This document shows, in pieces, positions 19,851-30,568 of a DNA stretch of 64,000 nt (within the stretch, counting starts at the first letter, position 1; every line of letters starts with the position of its first letter). The DNA comes from a virus: IMG/VR virus record IMGVR_UViG_3300010391_000273, positions 34,576 through 98,575 of that record. One strand, written 5' to 3'. The translations under genes were made by a program, and so were the position numbers. The notes under the pieces are model-generated. The model was not told the DNA's origin. It saw only the letters and a list, made by a program, of their open reading frames with translations, and ran no database searches.

Positions 19851-20258
19851 ATGTTATTCCTGGTCTTACAACTTTGGACTTCCCTAATGAGTCCCTACGA
19901 TCGTCAGCATGAGGTAAAGCTCTTCGGGAATTGGCAAAGTTGTTTGCAGGATGATAACACGTATGGTGAGAGGATTTATGATCATGTAGTTGGTAGTAAG
20001 TTCCTTTGGACCTTTCATATGGGACCCATGGATGAGCTTGCCTTTTATAGTGGGTCTGGTCCCGAAGATGATCTCCATGATCATGATAATACACTAAACT
20101 TGCTCATGCCTGCCTATAGAGTATTTAGCGTCTCAACTTGGAAAGGCAAGCGTAATTGGTCTATCCCATCTTTTAAGCTTCATATCAGCGTGGTAAGTGC
20201 AGGCGGGAGCCGAGATGAGTGTGAGAGCTTCATTGTTAAGATCGAGGGGACACGATGA
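19851..20258 (+). CDS. exported hypothetical protein
   Basis: GAGG SD; hydrophobic N-terminus. Confidence 0.55.
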   Translation: MLFLVLQLWTSLMSPYDRQHEVKLFGNWQSCLQDDNTYGERIYDHVVGSKFLWTFHMGPMDELAFYSGSGPEDDLHDHDNTLNLLMPAYRVFSVSTWKGKRNWSIPSFKLHISVVSAGGSRDECESFIVKIEGTR

Positions 20259-20484
20259 TCATAACCTACATTACCATCCTTGCCGTGAGCTTTCTAGTAG
20301 GCTTTATATTTACCTTTATTAATCGTAAAGGATTAAGCATGAAACTTCCCCCCTATTGGGATGCCAAAACTATCTTAACCTTTGAACTTGTCATGGTTGG
20401 TTTAATCTCATCCCTTTTTGTGTGGTTGATTACTAATACATACAATACTAGTGCATACTAGGATTATATGGTGGCGGGAGTCTT

Positions 20485-21273
20485 ATGTTAAAAGGTAAAG
20501 AGTGGTATGACGATCATCTGAAGAGTTTCGTTATACCTGTCTTAGGTAAGATTCCAAAGCTTCTTAACAATAACTATCTTACAACTAATCAATCTCTAAA
20601 AATGTTAAAGGTTGAGGTTAATCTTAAGGCTCTTCTAGAGTTGTGGGCCGAAGCTAAAAAGAGAGCCCAAGGTAGGATTATCCTCCTACCTGGGAGAGAT
20701 GTATGGCTATTCGAAGTTTTAGCCAGGCTTGATGGTACGAAGACCATCTTTAGACCTGAGATTTCTTCAGACACTTGGAAATGGGTAGCGGCACATGATC
20801 CTGAGAGGGAACTCTTTAAGAATTGTTATTGTGTAGACTCAGGAAATGCTGGGTCCATCCCTAAAGGATTGAGTTGTGTTGATTGGGGCTTGGTTTACTA
20901 CTCTATGGGTCATCATCCACTCCACCAACTGATTCAATTTAACCCTAATTTTAAAGGTCCCTACTACGATTGCTATTGCATCTTGGAGAGTATCCCAAAG
21001 TATTGGGTGAGAGGTGCTTTAACTACTGGTCCTTACAATGTTCAGAAGATTGCTCCGACTAGTTTGAATGGTATTGGTACCTTTACGGTTGCTGTTTTAG
21101 GTACGATGCTTGTAGCAAACTATTGGTTCAAAGTTAATGAGACTAAGGTAGCTTCACGTATAAGGTTAACAGGACTAAGATTGAAAAGGCTTAAGCCTAG
21201 AATCCTCAAGAGACCTAGAATAAGGTATGTGGATGGTCATTCTATCCCGACTAAGTTAAAAAGGATAAGATAA
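20485..21273 (+). CDS. hypothetical protein (possible PRTase-like motifs)
   Basis: ILLPGRD and CVDSGNAGSIP; basic C-terminus. Confidence 0.5.
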   Translation: MLKGKEWYDDHLKSFVIPVLGKIPKLLNNNYLTTNQSLKMLKVEVNLKALLELWAEAKKRAQGRIILLPGRDVWLFEVLARLDGTKTIFRPEISSDTWKWVAAHDPERELFKNCYCVDSGNAGSIPKGLSCVDWGLVYYSMGHHPLHQLIQFNPNFKGPYYDCYCILESIPKYWVRGALTTGPYNVQKIAPTSLNGIGTFTVAVLGTMLVANYWFKVNETKVASRIRLTGLRLKRLKPRILKRPRIRYVDGHSIPTKLKRIR

Positions 21274-21301
21274 CAAACTTTCCATTCTAAATAGGAACTA
21301 A

Positions 21302-22045
21302 ATGAGTTTACCTAAGGTAGTTACGTTTACGGGGGCCGACGATTCAGTCAAGGCCAAAGACATCCTAAAAGTTTCTAAGGCCTATCCTGATACCGAATGG
21401 GGAATCTTATTTGGTGGACCAACAAACGGAGCCCCCAGATATCCTTCTAGGCTATGGCTGGCTAGTGAGCTTCCTAAGTTAAAGGGACTCAATCTCACAG
21501 CTCATTTGTGTGGGAACTGGGTGTATGACCTGGTTCTTAGAGGTGATTTCACATGGCTTTATGCCTTTAGTGGGATTACCACACTATTCCAGCGGATTCA
21601 ACTGAACTTCCATGGCATGGAGTTCCCGCCTGCTGCGAGGAGTTTCCACCCTAGAATCCAAGATGAACCATTTCAGTTCATCTTTCAAGACGATGAAGTC
21701 AATGGTCATCTCATGCAACATGGTACTATTAATGAGGTAAGGTTGTTTGATGTGTCACACGGGGCTGGAGTCCTTCCAGGTGAAGAGGGTGAAACTAATC
21801 CATGGCCTAAGCGTACCAAGTATGAATACATGGGCTATGCTGGTGGCTTAGGTCCTGATAACATTGTAGAGCAACTTAAACTGATTACAGAGTCGGCTAA
21901 TCCGGCATCGTATGGGAACTTTTGGATCGACATGGAATCAAAAGTTAGAAGCAAGGTTCCTGTTGTGGATGGGCTTATTAATCAGGTTGAAGACATCTTC
22001 GACCTAAAGAAGGTTAGACAAGTCTGTAAGAAGGTGTGGGGCTAA
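21302..22045 (+). CDS. phosphoribosylanthranilate isomerase-like TIM-barrel protein (phage family)
   Basis: TFTGADD, EWGIL, AHLCG, QLNF, LFDVSHGAG, GYAGGLGPDN, WIDMES. Confidence 0.75.
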   Translation: MSLPKVVTFTGADDSVKAKDILKVSKAYPDTEWGILFGGPTNGAPRYPSRLWLASELPKLKGLNLTAHLCGNWVYDLVLRGDFTWLYAFSGITTLFQRIQLNFHGMEFPPAARSFHPRIQDEPFQFIFQDDEVNGHLMQHGTINEVRLFDVSHGAGVLPGEEGETNPWPKRTKYEYMGYAGGLGPDNIVEQLKLITESANPASYGNFWIDMESKVRSKVPVVDGLINQVEDIFDLKKVRQVCKKVWG

Positions 22046-22405
22046 TTGTCAGCCTTACTAAAAGCCTTAGCATTCAGATGGTGTCGGGATTATGGGGACA
22101 GGACCCATAAAGACTTCCACTATAAGGGAGGCGAATGTCAAAACATCTTCAATCTGTTTTGCCCCAATTGTAATGATGGCTATAACTTTGCAAAAGATGT
22201 GATCGAGTGTGTTAAAAAGAGGTTAGCATAATGAATGCAAAACGTAGTAATAAAATCATTCTCACTCTAACCCAGAGTGAGGCTGATAAAATCGTGGAAG
22301 AACTTAGTGACTTTGGCTTCGATGCCGATGACATGTCTGGGAAGAAGCAGCCCAACCAGAAGTGGCCTACTTTATTTGAGCTATATGAGGAGTTAGGTTA
22401 CTAAG

Positions 22406-22852
22406 ATGAGACTTGAACCAACAAACTCAGGCTCACTACGCTGGTTCATTTTGGAAGATGAGGCTTATACTGATGCGGGCTATGACAACCCACCTAGATC
22501 AACTCTCTTAAAGATTCTAGGACGCCATAATCTAACAGTCGCACTCAGTTCTGATGAGGCTAAGCTTAAATTTGATCCTAGAGCTTGTTATACGCACATG
22601 ATCATCGATTTTGATATGCACGGGTTCCCCAATCCCGATTTGACCTTTCCTAACACTGGATTAAACTTCATTCAGTGGATGGTAGCTAGACATAAGCTTC
22701 TAATTCCAACCCCAGAGATTTTCCTCCATTCTCAAAACGTTAGAGGCCGAGAAGCTATGGCTAAACTTCTAAAGGTCTCAGGTTATAAGAAGGTAAGTCA
22801 ACACTACTTTGGTAGAGACTATTTGGCGATGTTGAGTGAGAGGTTCCTATGA
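22406..22852 (+). CDS. cyclic-phosphate-processing receiver-domain protein
   Basis: FILEDE, IDFDM, NTGLNFIQWM, IFLHSQNVRGREAM. Confidence 0.65.
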   Translation: MRLEPTNSGSLRWFILEDEAYTDAGYDNPPRSTLLKILGRHNLTVALSSDEAKLKFDPRACYTHMIIDFDMHGFPNPDLTFPNTGLNFIQWMVARHKLLIPTPEIFLHSQNVRGREAMAKLLKVSGYKKVSQHYFGRDYLAMLSERFL

Positions 22853-22982
22853 AGTTCCTTTGTAGACTCTTCGGGCATAAGCGGCCCAAGTTCAAGCTTC
22901 GGCGAGGTTTCCATTGTCGTCGATGTATGACTTGGGTAAATATCCTTCCTCCTAAGTATGATCGTAAGGATGGCGAGAGCTT

Positions 22983-23198
22983 ATGAAAGACCCCCTTTGT
23001 GAAGGTGGAGAGGCTGAAATCTTCAAGGGCTTCATTCATCTGGGCCTATTCGGGCTCGGTGTGACCTGTGCGGCCTATAATGCGATGGCTTGGAGTCAAC
23101 GCCGCGAGAACCACTTGCTAAAGAACGTGATCGTCTACGGCGCCCTCGCATGGTATGAGGGAGTACAGATCTCCCGACATCTCATAGGGACTAAGTGA
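22983..23198 (+). CDS. small membrane protein (host-like)
   Basis: H.GL.GL...AAYNA.AW.QRRE.HL..N...Y.AL..YE...I.RHL pattern. Confidence 0.6.
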   Translation: MKDPLCEGGEAEIFKGFIHLGLFGLGVTCAAYNAMAWSQRRENHLLKNVIVYGALAWYEGVQISRHLIGTK

Positions 23199-23404
23199 TG
23201 TGGAATAAACTTAAGTGCCTACTTGGCTTTCATGACTATGTTCCAAGTTTAAATGCCAAGTATGACTATTGCACTCGTTGCCCCAAATACATTAAGGTAG
23301 TTTAAAATGAACGAAACTATTGTGCCCCTGCTCGGTTGGATACCTATCATCTATTGCGTAGTGATGTTGGGGATTCACGCAGGCAAACCAAGTGGCGGTT
23401 TTCG

Positions 23405-23746
23405 ATGAAATTCCTAATCCTACTTTTGCTCACTCTTACTCCACTTGAGGCGAAGGAATTGAAGATTAGTGTGAAGGTGACACCCACGATCTGTCTGGCT
23501 CCCTGCACGGTGCGGGTCGAGTTGGTGATTCCTCAACAAGAAGACAACCGATGGGCTGTTGTTGAAGTGAGTGGAGATATGTTTCGCTCCACACAAGTTC
23601 AGCTTGATGGACTCTCTGCCCCAAAACGCTTCACCTTCACCTACAAAGATCTTCCTGAAGACAACTACGACGTTAAGGGTATGTTATACAATAGCGTCCG
23701 AGAAATTGGTCGCTCACAGCAAACCCTAATTGTCAAAGGCTTTTAA
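23405..23746 (+). CDS. exported beta-sandwich protein (host-like)
   Basis: Signal peptide; VTP..CLAP, DNR, FRSTQVQLDG..APK, LP...YDV. Confidence 0.65.
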   Translation: MKFLILLLLTLTPLEAKELKISVKVTPTICLAPCTVRVELVIPQQEDNRWAVVEVSGDMFRSTQVQLDGLSAPKRFTFTYKDLPEDNYDVKGMLYNSVREIGRSQQTLIVKGF

Positions 23747-23766
23747 GCTATAGATGATTATAAAAA

Positions 23767-24039
23767 ATGTCTAAAGGCCGGAGAAGTTACAGGCATCTTA
23801 GTGAAAAATGGGTTGCAATCTTAAGAAAAGACCCTTGCTCATTTTGTGGAGTGAGAGCCTCTATCACGATTGACCACATTTTCCCTTTGAGCAAGTTTAA
23901 TGAACTTAAGACTTATTCTACGTTTGGTCCCAATAATTGGGAGAACCTTACTGGAGTCTGTTGGGATTGCAATGAATTTAAAGGAACAACTAAATTGTTA
24001 AGATTCCTTGTGGAGGCTCATGAAAATCTACTTCATTAA
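23767..24039 (+). CDS. HNH endonuclease
   Basis: CSFC, TIDHIFPLS, NWENL..VCWDCNEFKG. Confidence 0.85.
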   Translation: MSKGRRSYRHLSEKWVAILRKDPCSFCGVRASITIDHIFPLSKFNELKTYSTFGPNNWENLTGVCWDCNEFKGTTKLLRFLVEAHENLLH

Positions 24040-24219
24040 ACATGAGACTGATTATGGTCCCTTCTTTTCCTCTAGAGCGAAAGCCCTAGACTATCTCAAA
24101 GAAGATTCTGAGTGGTGGAAGGTATGGGGAGCTGGGATAGAGACTGATAAAGACGCCTATATAACAGTTCAAGAAGTCGAACTCGATGATGAAAATGTTA
24201 GATTTGATGGTTAATCTTT

Positions 24220-25107
24220 ATGAGTTACATGCACATAGACCTACTTTACAAGTGCCCAGACATCTTAGCTTTTAAACAACTCTTTGCCTTAGAGAAGATT
24301 CATGGGACGAGTGCTCACCTTAGACTTAAGCTTGGGGAGATTACCTACTTCTCAGGTGGGGAAAGTCTAGGTAAGTTTAGAGCCTTGTTTGATGATGACA
24401 AGCTTCATGAGGCCTTTAAGACTAAGTTTGGTGAGGCCGATGTAGTTACCATCTATGGTGAGGCCTACGGAGGTAAACAACAGGGCATGAGCCATACCTA
24501 TGGGCCTGACCTGAAGTTTGTGGCCTTCGAGGTCAACCTGAACGAGATGTGGCTGAGTGTTCCTCAAGCTCACGACTTCTGTACGAGTTTTGGAATTGAG
24601 TTTGTAAGTTATAATCTTGTAAGCTCAGACTTAGAGACTCTTAATGCTGAGCGTGATTTGCCTTCTGTGCAAGCCGTGAGAAACGGAATTACTGAGCCTA
24701 AGCTCCGAGAAGGCATCGTTCTGAGACCTCCCTTCGAATGTAAGACTAATAGGGGTAGGCTCATCTCTAAGCATAAGGGTGAGGCTTTTGACGAGCGCGA
24801 TAAGCCTGTTCACCCTGTCGATCCAGCAAAAGCTGATGAACAGGTTAAAGCCGAAGCCATCGCCTTTGAATGGGTAACACCTAATAGGCTTGAACATGTA
24901 ATCGACCATATGGTTGCCATGCGGGAGGATAAAGAGGTTGGTATGGAAGATGCAACAGCCCTTATTGCTGATATGGTTGAAGACATCACCCGAGAAGGTG
25001 CAGGTGAGGTTGAAATGACTCCCAAACTCAATAGGAAGGCCATAGGAGCCCAAACAGTGAAGCTTCTTAAGGCTAGACTCCAAGCAAGACTAGAACAAGC
25101 ATCATGA
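24220..25107 (+). CDS. RNA ligase, Rnl2 family
   Basis: EKIHGTS (motif I), YGEAYGG, FVAFEV, REGIVLR, ISKHK. Confidence 0.88.
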   Translation: MSYMHIDLLYKCPDILAFKQLFALEKIHGTSAHLRLKLGEITYFSGGESLGKFRALFDDDKLHEAFKTKFGEADVVTIYGEAYGGKQQGMSHTYGPDLKFVAFEVNLNEMWLSVPQAHDFCTSFGIEFVSYNLVSSDLETLNAERDLPSVQAVRNGITEPKLREGIVLRPPFECKTNRGRLISKHKGEAFDERDKPVHPVDPAKADEQVKAEAIAFEWVTPNRLEHVIDHMVAMREDKEVGMEDATALIADMVEDITREGAGEVEMTPKLNRKAIGAQTVKLLKARLQARLEQAS

Positions 25108-26249
25108 CTTTAGATCCTGAGCTATTCGATGTCCATGAGAAAGACGGCCTTAGACTTATCATTCCAGCTAGGAATGGGTCTGTAGCCAACGCCCCATGGT
25201 CTAAAGAAACTGTTATGTATCGGTCTAGAGTGGAAACTTTAGAAGGATTAGTTGTTTCTCAAGGCTTTGGTAAGTTCTTCAATTTGGCGACTGGGCCTGA
25301 TGGTCTAAGGGTCGAGCTTGATGACTTGATCAAGGCAACTGAGAAAAGTGATGCTATAGCAACCCTTAAGATCGATGGCTCACTCCTGATTAGGTCGGTT
25401 TATAATGGCAAGATCATGCTCAGGACTAGGGGCAGCTTTGGGTATGAGTTCTTAGATAACGCCGATGAGATCGACCTCTTTAGAGCTAAGTATCCACTTG
25501 TCTTTGATCCTAGCTTATTTGTGGGTTATAGTCTCCTATTTGAGTGGGTAAGCCCGAGGAACGTAATAGTTCTTAAGTATCCTGAGCCTAACATCATCCT
25601 AATTGGGGGTGTGCAGCATACTCCAGACTTACCATACCTGACGTTTGCCCATAGTCAGTTGGACTTCATTGCAAAACGTTTAAATGTGCCGCTTGTTACC
25701 TCCTTTGATTTGACTTCTGAGGGCTGGGCTGAACTTCATGCAAACTTGGAGTCTAACCAAGAGATTGAGGGTTATGTTATCAGGCTTCATAATGAGCAAG
25801 TCTTAGTCAAGGTGAAGTGTGCCCCATATTTGACTAAGCATGGGCTTAAATCGACCTTGACAACCGAGAAACTCATCGACATGTGGTTCCAGCAGGGATC
25901 ACCTGATTATCAAGCTTTTTGTGCAACTTTCCTTGCAAGTTTTGACGAGGAAACCTTTATGTGGACCTTGGGGGCTATCTCAAGTCTCTTTGATGGGATT
26001 AGAACCCTAACCAAGATCATGAACCATATGGGCGGTAAAGTCGAGGTTAGGAAGAATTGGCCTAGAAAAGAAGCTGCCCTAGCTGGGCTAGCCGAGTACG
26101 GTCAAACTAAGAGATTCTCGGCTTACATGAACTTGTGGGAAGGTAAACAGCCTAGCTTTGATTTGCTTAAATCGCTTCTGTTGCAAAATACCAAGCAGGT
26201 CGAAATTGAAATGTTCAAGGCTACAGGCCCAGCTATTTTAGGAGATTAA
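25104..26249 (+). CDS. RNA ligase, T4 Rnl1 family
   Basis: KFFN, TLKIDGSL, RTRGS, LLFEWVSPRN.IV, EGYVI, VKVK...Y. Confidence 0.88.
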   Translation: MTLDPELFDVHEKDGLRLIIPARNGSVANAPWSKETVMYRSRVETLEGLVVSQGFGKFFNLATGPDGLRVELDDLIKATEKSDAIATLKIDGSLLIRSVYNGKIMLRTRGSFGYEFLDNADEIDLFRAKYPLVFDPSLFVGYSLLFEWVSPRNVIVLKYPEPNIILIGGVQHTPDLPYLTFAHSQLDFIAKRLNVPLVTSFDLTSEGWAELHANLESNQEIEGYVIRLHNEQVLVKVKCAPYLTKHGLKSTLTTEKLIDMWFQQGSPDYQAFCATFLASFDEETFMWTLGAISSLFDGIRTLTKIMNHMGGKVEVRKNWPRKEAALAGLAEYGQTKRFSAYMNLWEGKQPSFDLLKSLLLQNTKQVEIEMFKATGPAILGD

Positions 26250-26251
26250 AG

Positions 26252-27031
26252 ATGCCTAGTGTGAATCTAAAGATTGCCAAAGTCGCTCTGACCCCGACGA
26301 ACTATGAGACAGGCCACTTACTGCGGGAGCTTATGATCGAGAGAGGGATTACCTTAGACAAGAATAGCCCTATCACAATCTGCTATGGATTACCTTCTGA
26401 AGCCTCTAAGTGTCTAAACGGCAATGTGGGTGGGGGAGATAAGATTTTAAGATTGAAACAGATGGAAGAGGGTGGAGTACGAACCATTCCGTGGTTTGAT
26501 GGAAGGAATCTTTCAACAACTGGCGTACCCATGAGCTTTAAGTTTCCAGCCCTCGCAAGAGCTATCTCAGGTCATGGTGGAGAAGATATCATGCCTGTCT
26601 TTCAGGCTCAAGAGATCCCATGGCGAGTTGCTGCGGGGTTTGCATGGTTCTCAAGTTATGTACCCTTTACGACTGAATATAGGGTGTGGACCTTTAGGGG
26701 TAAGATCCTGGATGTGTACGAGAAGACAATGGCTCGGCCGGATGAATATAAGTTCGTAGCTGGTAGGAACTTTAGACAGGGATTTGAGTTTACAAAGGTC
26801 ACTAATTTCCCTGAGGAAGAAGTTAAGATTCAAGCTGGAAGGGTCTTGAAGGCCTGTAAGTTTGACTTCGCAGCTATTGATATGCTTCATGGTGAAGACG
26901 AGAAGGTCTATGTCCTCGAAGCTAACACAGCCCCAGGAGTCATCCGGTCAGGTTGCAAGCCTACGCTTGAAAAGCTTGTTGACTGTATGGCGGGTTGGGT
27001 TCATGACGGATGCCCAGTGCGAGGTTACTAG
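26252..27031 (+). CDS. ATP-grasp ligase (RimK/phiEco32-like) 1
   Basis: EYRVW, RNFRQG, DFAAIDM, YVLEANTAPG. Confidence 0.85.
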   Translation: MPSVNLKIAKVALTPTNYETGHLLRELMIERGITLDKNSPITICYGLPSEASKCLNGNVGGGDKILRLKQMEEGGVRTIPWFDGRNLSTTGVPMSFKFPALARAISGHGGEDIMPVFQAQEIPWRVAAGFAWFSSYVPFTTEYRVWTFRGKILDVYEKTMARPDEYKFVAGRNFRQGFEFTKVTNFPEEEVKIQAGRVLKACKFDFAAIDMLHGEDEKVYVLEANTAPGVIRSGCKPTLEKLVDCMAGWVHDGCPVRGY

Positions 27032-27227
27032 AATGATCATCCTTACTAAAAAAGATTTAGTAGAGGCATTATCCAAGTATCCAGATGACGCTGTAGTTTC
27101 AATCAGCGATGCTGATACTGGCTGGGACATGAATATTGATACTATAGTAAAAGAAGAAAGAGAACAAAAAACCTTGCTATCTTTTATTCCTTCTGGCTAT
27201 AATGCAGACTTTCGAATGGAATAAACC

Positions 27228-27959
27228 ATGGTTACACTTCTATATCATTCTAAACAGATTGGGTACATTTGCAAGCGGATCGCAGATACTAATCCTGAGA
27301 AGCTCCGGGCGGTCTGTGACAAGACACTTCCAAATGCTATGATGGATTATGGCACCATCGTTCGATGGGACTCAGTTCACCCACTAGGTGCTCATAAGAC
27401 GATTAACACGGCTGAAGCTGTAACCCTATCTAGAAACAAGCACGATTCAAGATTTAAGCTTCTAGACTTGTGTCCTACAACTTGGGATGATGCTAGTTAT
27501 CTTGAATACCCATGCCTAATTCGGCCTAAAAAGCATTTTGCAGCCCATAAGTTCTTTGTAGTCAAGACTAAGCTTGAAGCTAAGCGGGCTATCAAGCGGT
27601 GTGGGCGTGGTTGGTATGCGAGCCCTTTAATCGACAAGAAGCTTGAGTATAGAGTGTTTGTCCTGAATGGCAAGGCTTTCAAGATGGTTAGGCGATTCCA
27701 CACCGATCCTAATCAGGTTGCTTGGAACATTGCCAACGGTGGGACGAGTGTTAGGATTATGAAGGAATCTTGGCCAGCGAACGTTGCTACGATTGCTGTT
27801 GAGGCTGGGAAGCTTCTAGGACTTGATTGGTATGCTGCTGATGTGATTGTTGATCAAGCTGGTAAGCCCTATGTCCTCGAACTTAACACGGCCCCAGGCC
27901 TAGCTCGCGATCTTACGATTACTAACCTTGCAAAACTGTTTGTAAAGTGTGGAGCCTAA
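27228..27959 (+). CDS. ATP-grasp ligase 2
   Basis: IVRWDS, LSRNK, EYRVFV, WNIANGG, DWYAADV, YVLELNTAPG. Confidence 0.85.
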   Translation: MVTLLYHSKQIGYICKRIADTNPEKLRAVCDKTLPNAMMDYGTIVRWDSVHPLGAHKTINTAEAVTLSRNKHDSRFKLLDLCPTTWDDASYLEYPCLIRPKKHFAAHKFFVVKTKLEAKRAIKRCGRGWYASPLIDKKLEYRVFVLNGKAFKMVRRFHTDPNQVAWNIANGGTSVRIMKESWPANVATIAVEAGKLLGLDWYAADVIVDQAGKPYVLELNTAPGLARDLTITNLAKLFVKCGA

Positions 27960-28965
27960 TCTAATGCCACTAGATCCTACAACTATTGTAACCCCAAGTA
28001 TACCTAGTCTAACAATAGATGCCCATCTTGACACTCCTTGGATTGGGACCAAGGTGAGAGCTGCTAATAATGGAATAGGGTTCTATTTGCGTGAGGGTCA
28101 TGAACAGTCATTGTTTACAATCGATGCGGCTCATGAAGGTGGGCTCAAAGCTGCTATCTTTGCCCTTTATCTTTCGGATGTGTGGCAAGATGCACATACT
28201 GAAGCTGAAGCATTTGAGGAACTCCGTATCCAACGAAATAGGTTGATAAATGGTTTTCGTGTTTTGTTTCCGAATCCCAATCATAATTTTAACTTAGAGC
28301 ATTTTCTACAAGATGTAAATGATGCTCCTGATTGGTTCCCAGTACTTCTTGGTTTGGAAGGTGGAAGACTCATTCATAATAGTCTTGATAGACTTAAGAC
28401 TTATGCTGAATGGGGTATAAGATATCTTACACTCACACACAATAGAAATACAAATTGGGCTGACTCAGCTACCGATTTTGAACATATTGGTGGTCTCTCC
28501 GGTTTTGGAAGAGACGTTATTAAGAAGTGTAATGAGCTTAATATTCTAGTTGATGTATCTCATGCTTCGGATCATACAGCTTATGATGCTATAGATATTT
28601 CTACTAAGCCTGTGATTGCTTCACACTCAGGTGTTAGAAGTCTTGTTAAGCAACCTAGAAATCTTTCAGACTCCTTAATTAAGCGAATTGCTCAAACAGG
28701 CGGGATTATATGTGTGCCATTTGCGAAGCGGTTTATGGGTCACTATAAGGTAAGTGACCATATCAACTATATCGTGGATTTGGTTGGGGTTAATCATGTA
28801 GGGATTGGGTCTGACATTGATGGGGCCGTGTTGATTCCTGGGTTCACTAGTATCACTCAATGGAAAGATACTATTGTTCCAGACTTAATGGGTGCAGGTT
28901 GGAGTCAAGTTGACATCGACAAGATCCTAGGTGGGAACCTCTTGAGAGTCTTAAAGAATGCCTAA
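27949..28965 (+). CDS. membrane dipeptidase (peptidase M19)
   Basis: DAHLD, GLEGG, RYLTLTH, VDVSH, ASHS, RNLSD, HVGIGSDIDG, ILGGNLLRV. Confidence 0.92.
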   Translation: MEPNLMPLDPTTIVTPSIPSLTIDAHLDTPWIGTKVRAANNGIGFYLREGHEQSLFTIDAAHEGGLKAAIFALYLSDVWQDAHTEAEAFEELRIQRNRLINGFRVLFPNPNHNFNLEHFLQDVNDAPDWFPVLLGLEGGRLIHNSLDRLKTYAEWGIRYLTLTHNRNTNWADSATDFEHIGGLSGFGRDVIKKCNELNILVDVSHASDHTAYDAIDISTKPVIASHSGVRSLVKQPRNLSDSLIKRIAQTGGIICVPFAKRFMGHYKVSDHINYIVDLVGVNHVGIGSDIDGAVLIPGFTSITQWKDTIVPDLMGAGWSQVDIDKILGGNLLRVLKNA

Positions 28966-29828
28966 CATGATTAAGCCCAAGTGTGATCATAGAGTTAAAC
29001 CAACTCCCTCAGGATATGTATGTATAAAATGTGGGAGATTTGCATGATAAAGCCTATGATCGAAAGGCTAAGAGCTGCTATTAAGGATGCTGAGGCTTGT
29101 AGTCCTAAGCATGGAGTGATCATCTCTCAGACTGATGCAAAACGATTGCTTTATAGACTATTGAAAGAGGAGAACCATGATAGGAAAAAATACATACCCT
29201 TTTCTGTGTAAACACCCCTTCCATAGCCTAAAACGAGTTGATGATGGAGACTATGGAACCCACTTCATTTGTAAGAGGTGTGGCGCTAAATTAGACATGC
29301 TTGGAAGACCATGGCAAGAACAATAAAATCTTTCTTTAGGGTTACCAAGCCTTCTAAAAGGTTCTTTTATCTTATGTTGTGGATTTTAACCTTTGAGATT
29401 GTTACTATCCTAATGGGTGGTGGGAGCCTATGGCGTAAGACTCCCCAAGTATGTAATCCAAGAGTCTTAAGTACTTGTGAGCCTTAATATGCTTTATATA
29501 GTTCTTATTGTTGTAGCTGTTTTTGCAGTTTGGTTAGATTGGAAACGTATAGCCAAATCCCCAAAATGCCCAACTTGTAGAAGGAGCTATTGAGAATGAA
29601 AGAAATCCATGTTGGTAAGCTTGATGATTGGGATGAGGTCCCACAAACTGTTTATTTGTCATGGTCTGAGGCTAGAAAACTTGACTATTGTATGCGAAGA
29701 GATCTTCATACAGCAAGTCATATAGAGTTAAATCGAGATATGAGTCGAGGACGGTACTTAGAACGAGCTGCTTACTATAAAGAACAGTTAAACACTTTAC
29801 TTAATGGTGGTTAAATTTAGGAGAAGAA

Positions 29829-30161
29829 ATGAAGTTCACATATGAAGGATCAACTTATCTAATCGAGTTCGAGAGGAAAAAGCATAAACGTAAGCTCGGG
29901 GGACTTACGACCTTCCCTGACACAACAGTGAGGATCCTAGTGAGTAGACCTAACCGACTACCAGGAGAGCTTTATCGTACAGCTACAGTGGGGTGCTCTA
30001 TCCATGACAAGTTTAGTCTAGAACGGGGTAGACTTGCAGCCCTGAGGCTTGTCTCGATGACTCTCGATAAGGACTTTAAGAAGGCCCTATGGACAAACTA
30101 TATCAACAGGTTCCCACCCAAGCCAGTTAAACCCACTTTAGTTAAGGGATGTGAACAGTAA
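29829..30161 (+). CDS. hypothetical protein
   Basis: AGGAG SD; CSIHDKFSLERGR.AL motif common in phage proteins. Confidence 0.6.
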   Translation: MKFTYEGSTYLIEFERKKHKRKLGGLTTFPDTTVRILVSRPNRLPGELYRTATVGCSIHDKFSLERGRLAALRLVSMTLDKDFKKALWTNYINRFPPKPVKPTLVKGCEQ

Positions 30162-30409
30162 GGTCAAGTTATGTTAGTTATCCTAACATTTATAACCATT
30201 ATAATTGTGGCTACCTTGGCCAACTTGAACGATCCCAATTCAGTCACAAATGATTTGAATGAAATCTTGCATCTAGACGAGGTTGATCCTAGGTATCCTA
30301 TGATGAGCGGCCTGTGTTGTATGAAAGATCATGCAAATGCTGCGGCTTCATGGACATGTGATTGTCCGTGTCATTTCTTTTTTGATGATGAGGTATGATC
30401 ATCCAATCT

Positions 30410-30562
30410 TGGGCATTAGCTTAAGCTAGAAAGCACCTTTATAAACACCATGCCTTGTGCATATAGAATTATAAAAGAGAGTGGGTAAGACCTAAGATCA
30501 TATTGCCTACACGAGACGCAATAGATTTGAGGTCAGAGTGGAATACTCCCCATGCCCAGCTA
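30410..30562 (+). ncRNA. tRNA-scaffold RNA with about 90-nt structured insert replacing the anticodon loop
   Basis: TGGGCAT/ATGCCCA acceptor, TA-GCTT/AAGC D-arm, ACCT/AGGT, degenerate T-arm GAGT-GGAAT-ACTC; directly upstream of tRNA-Ile. Confidence 0.45.
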
Positions 30563-30568
30563 TTTTCA

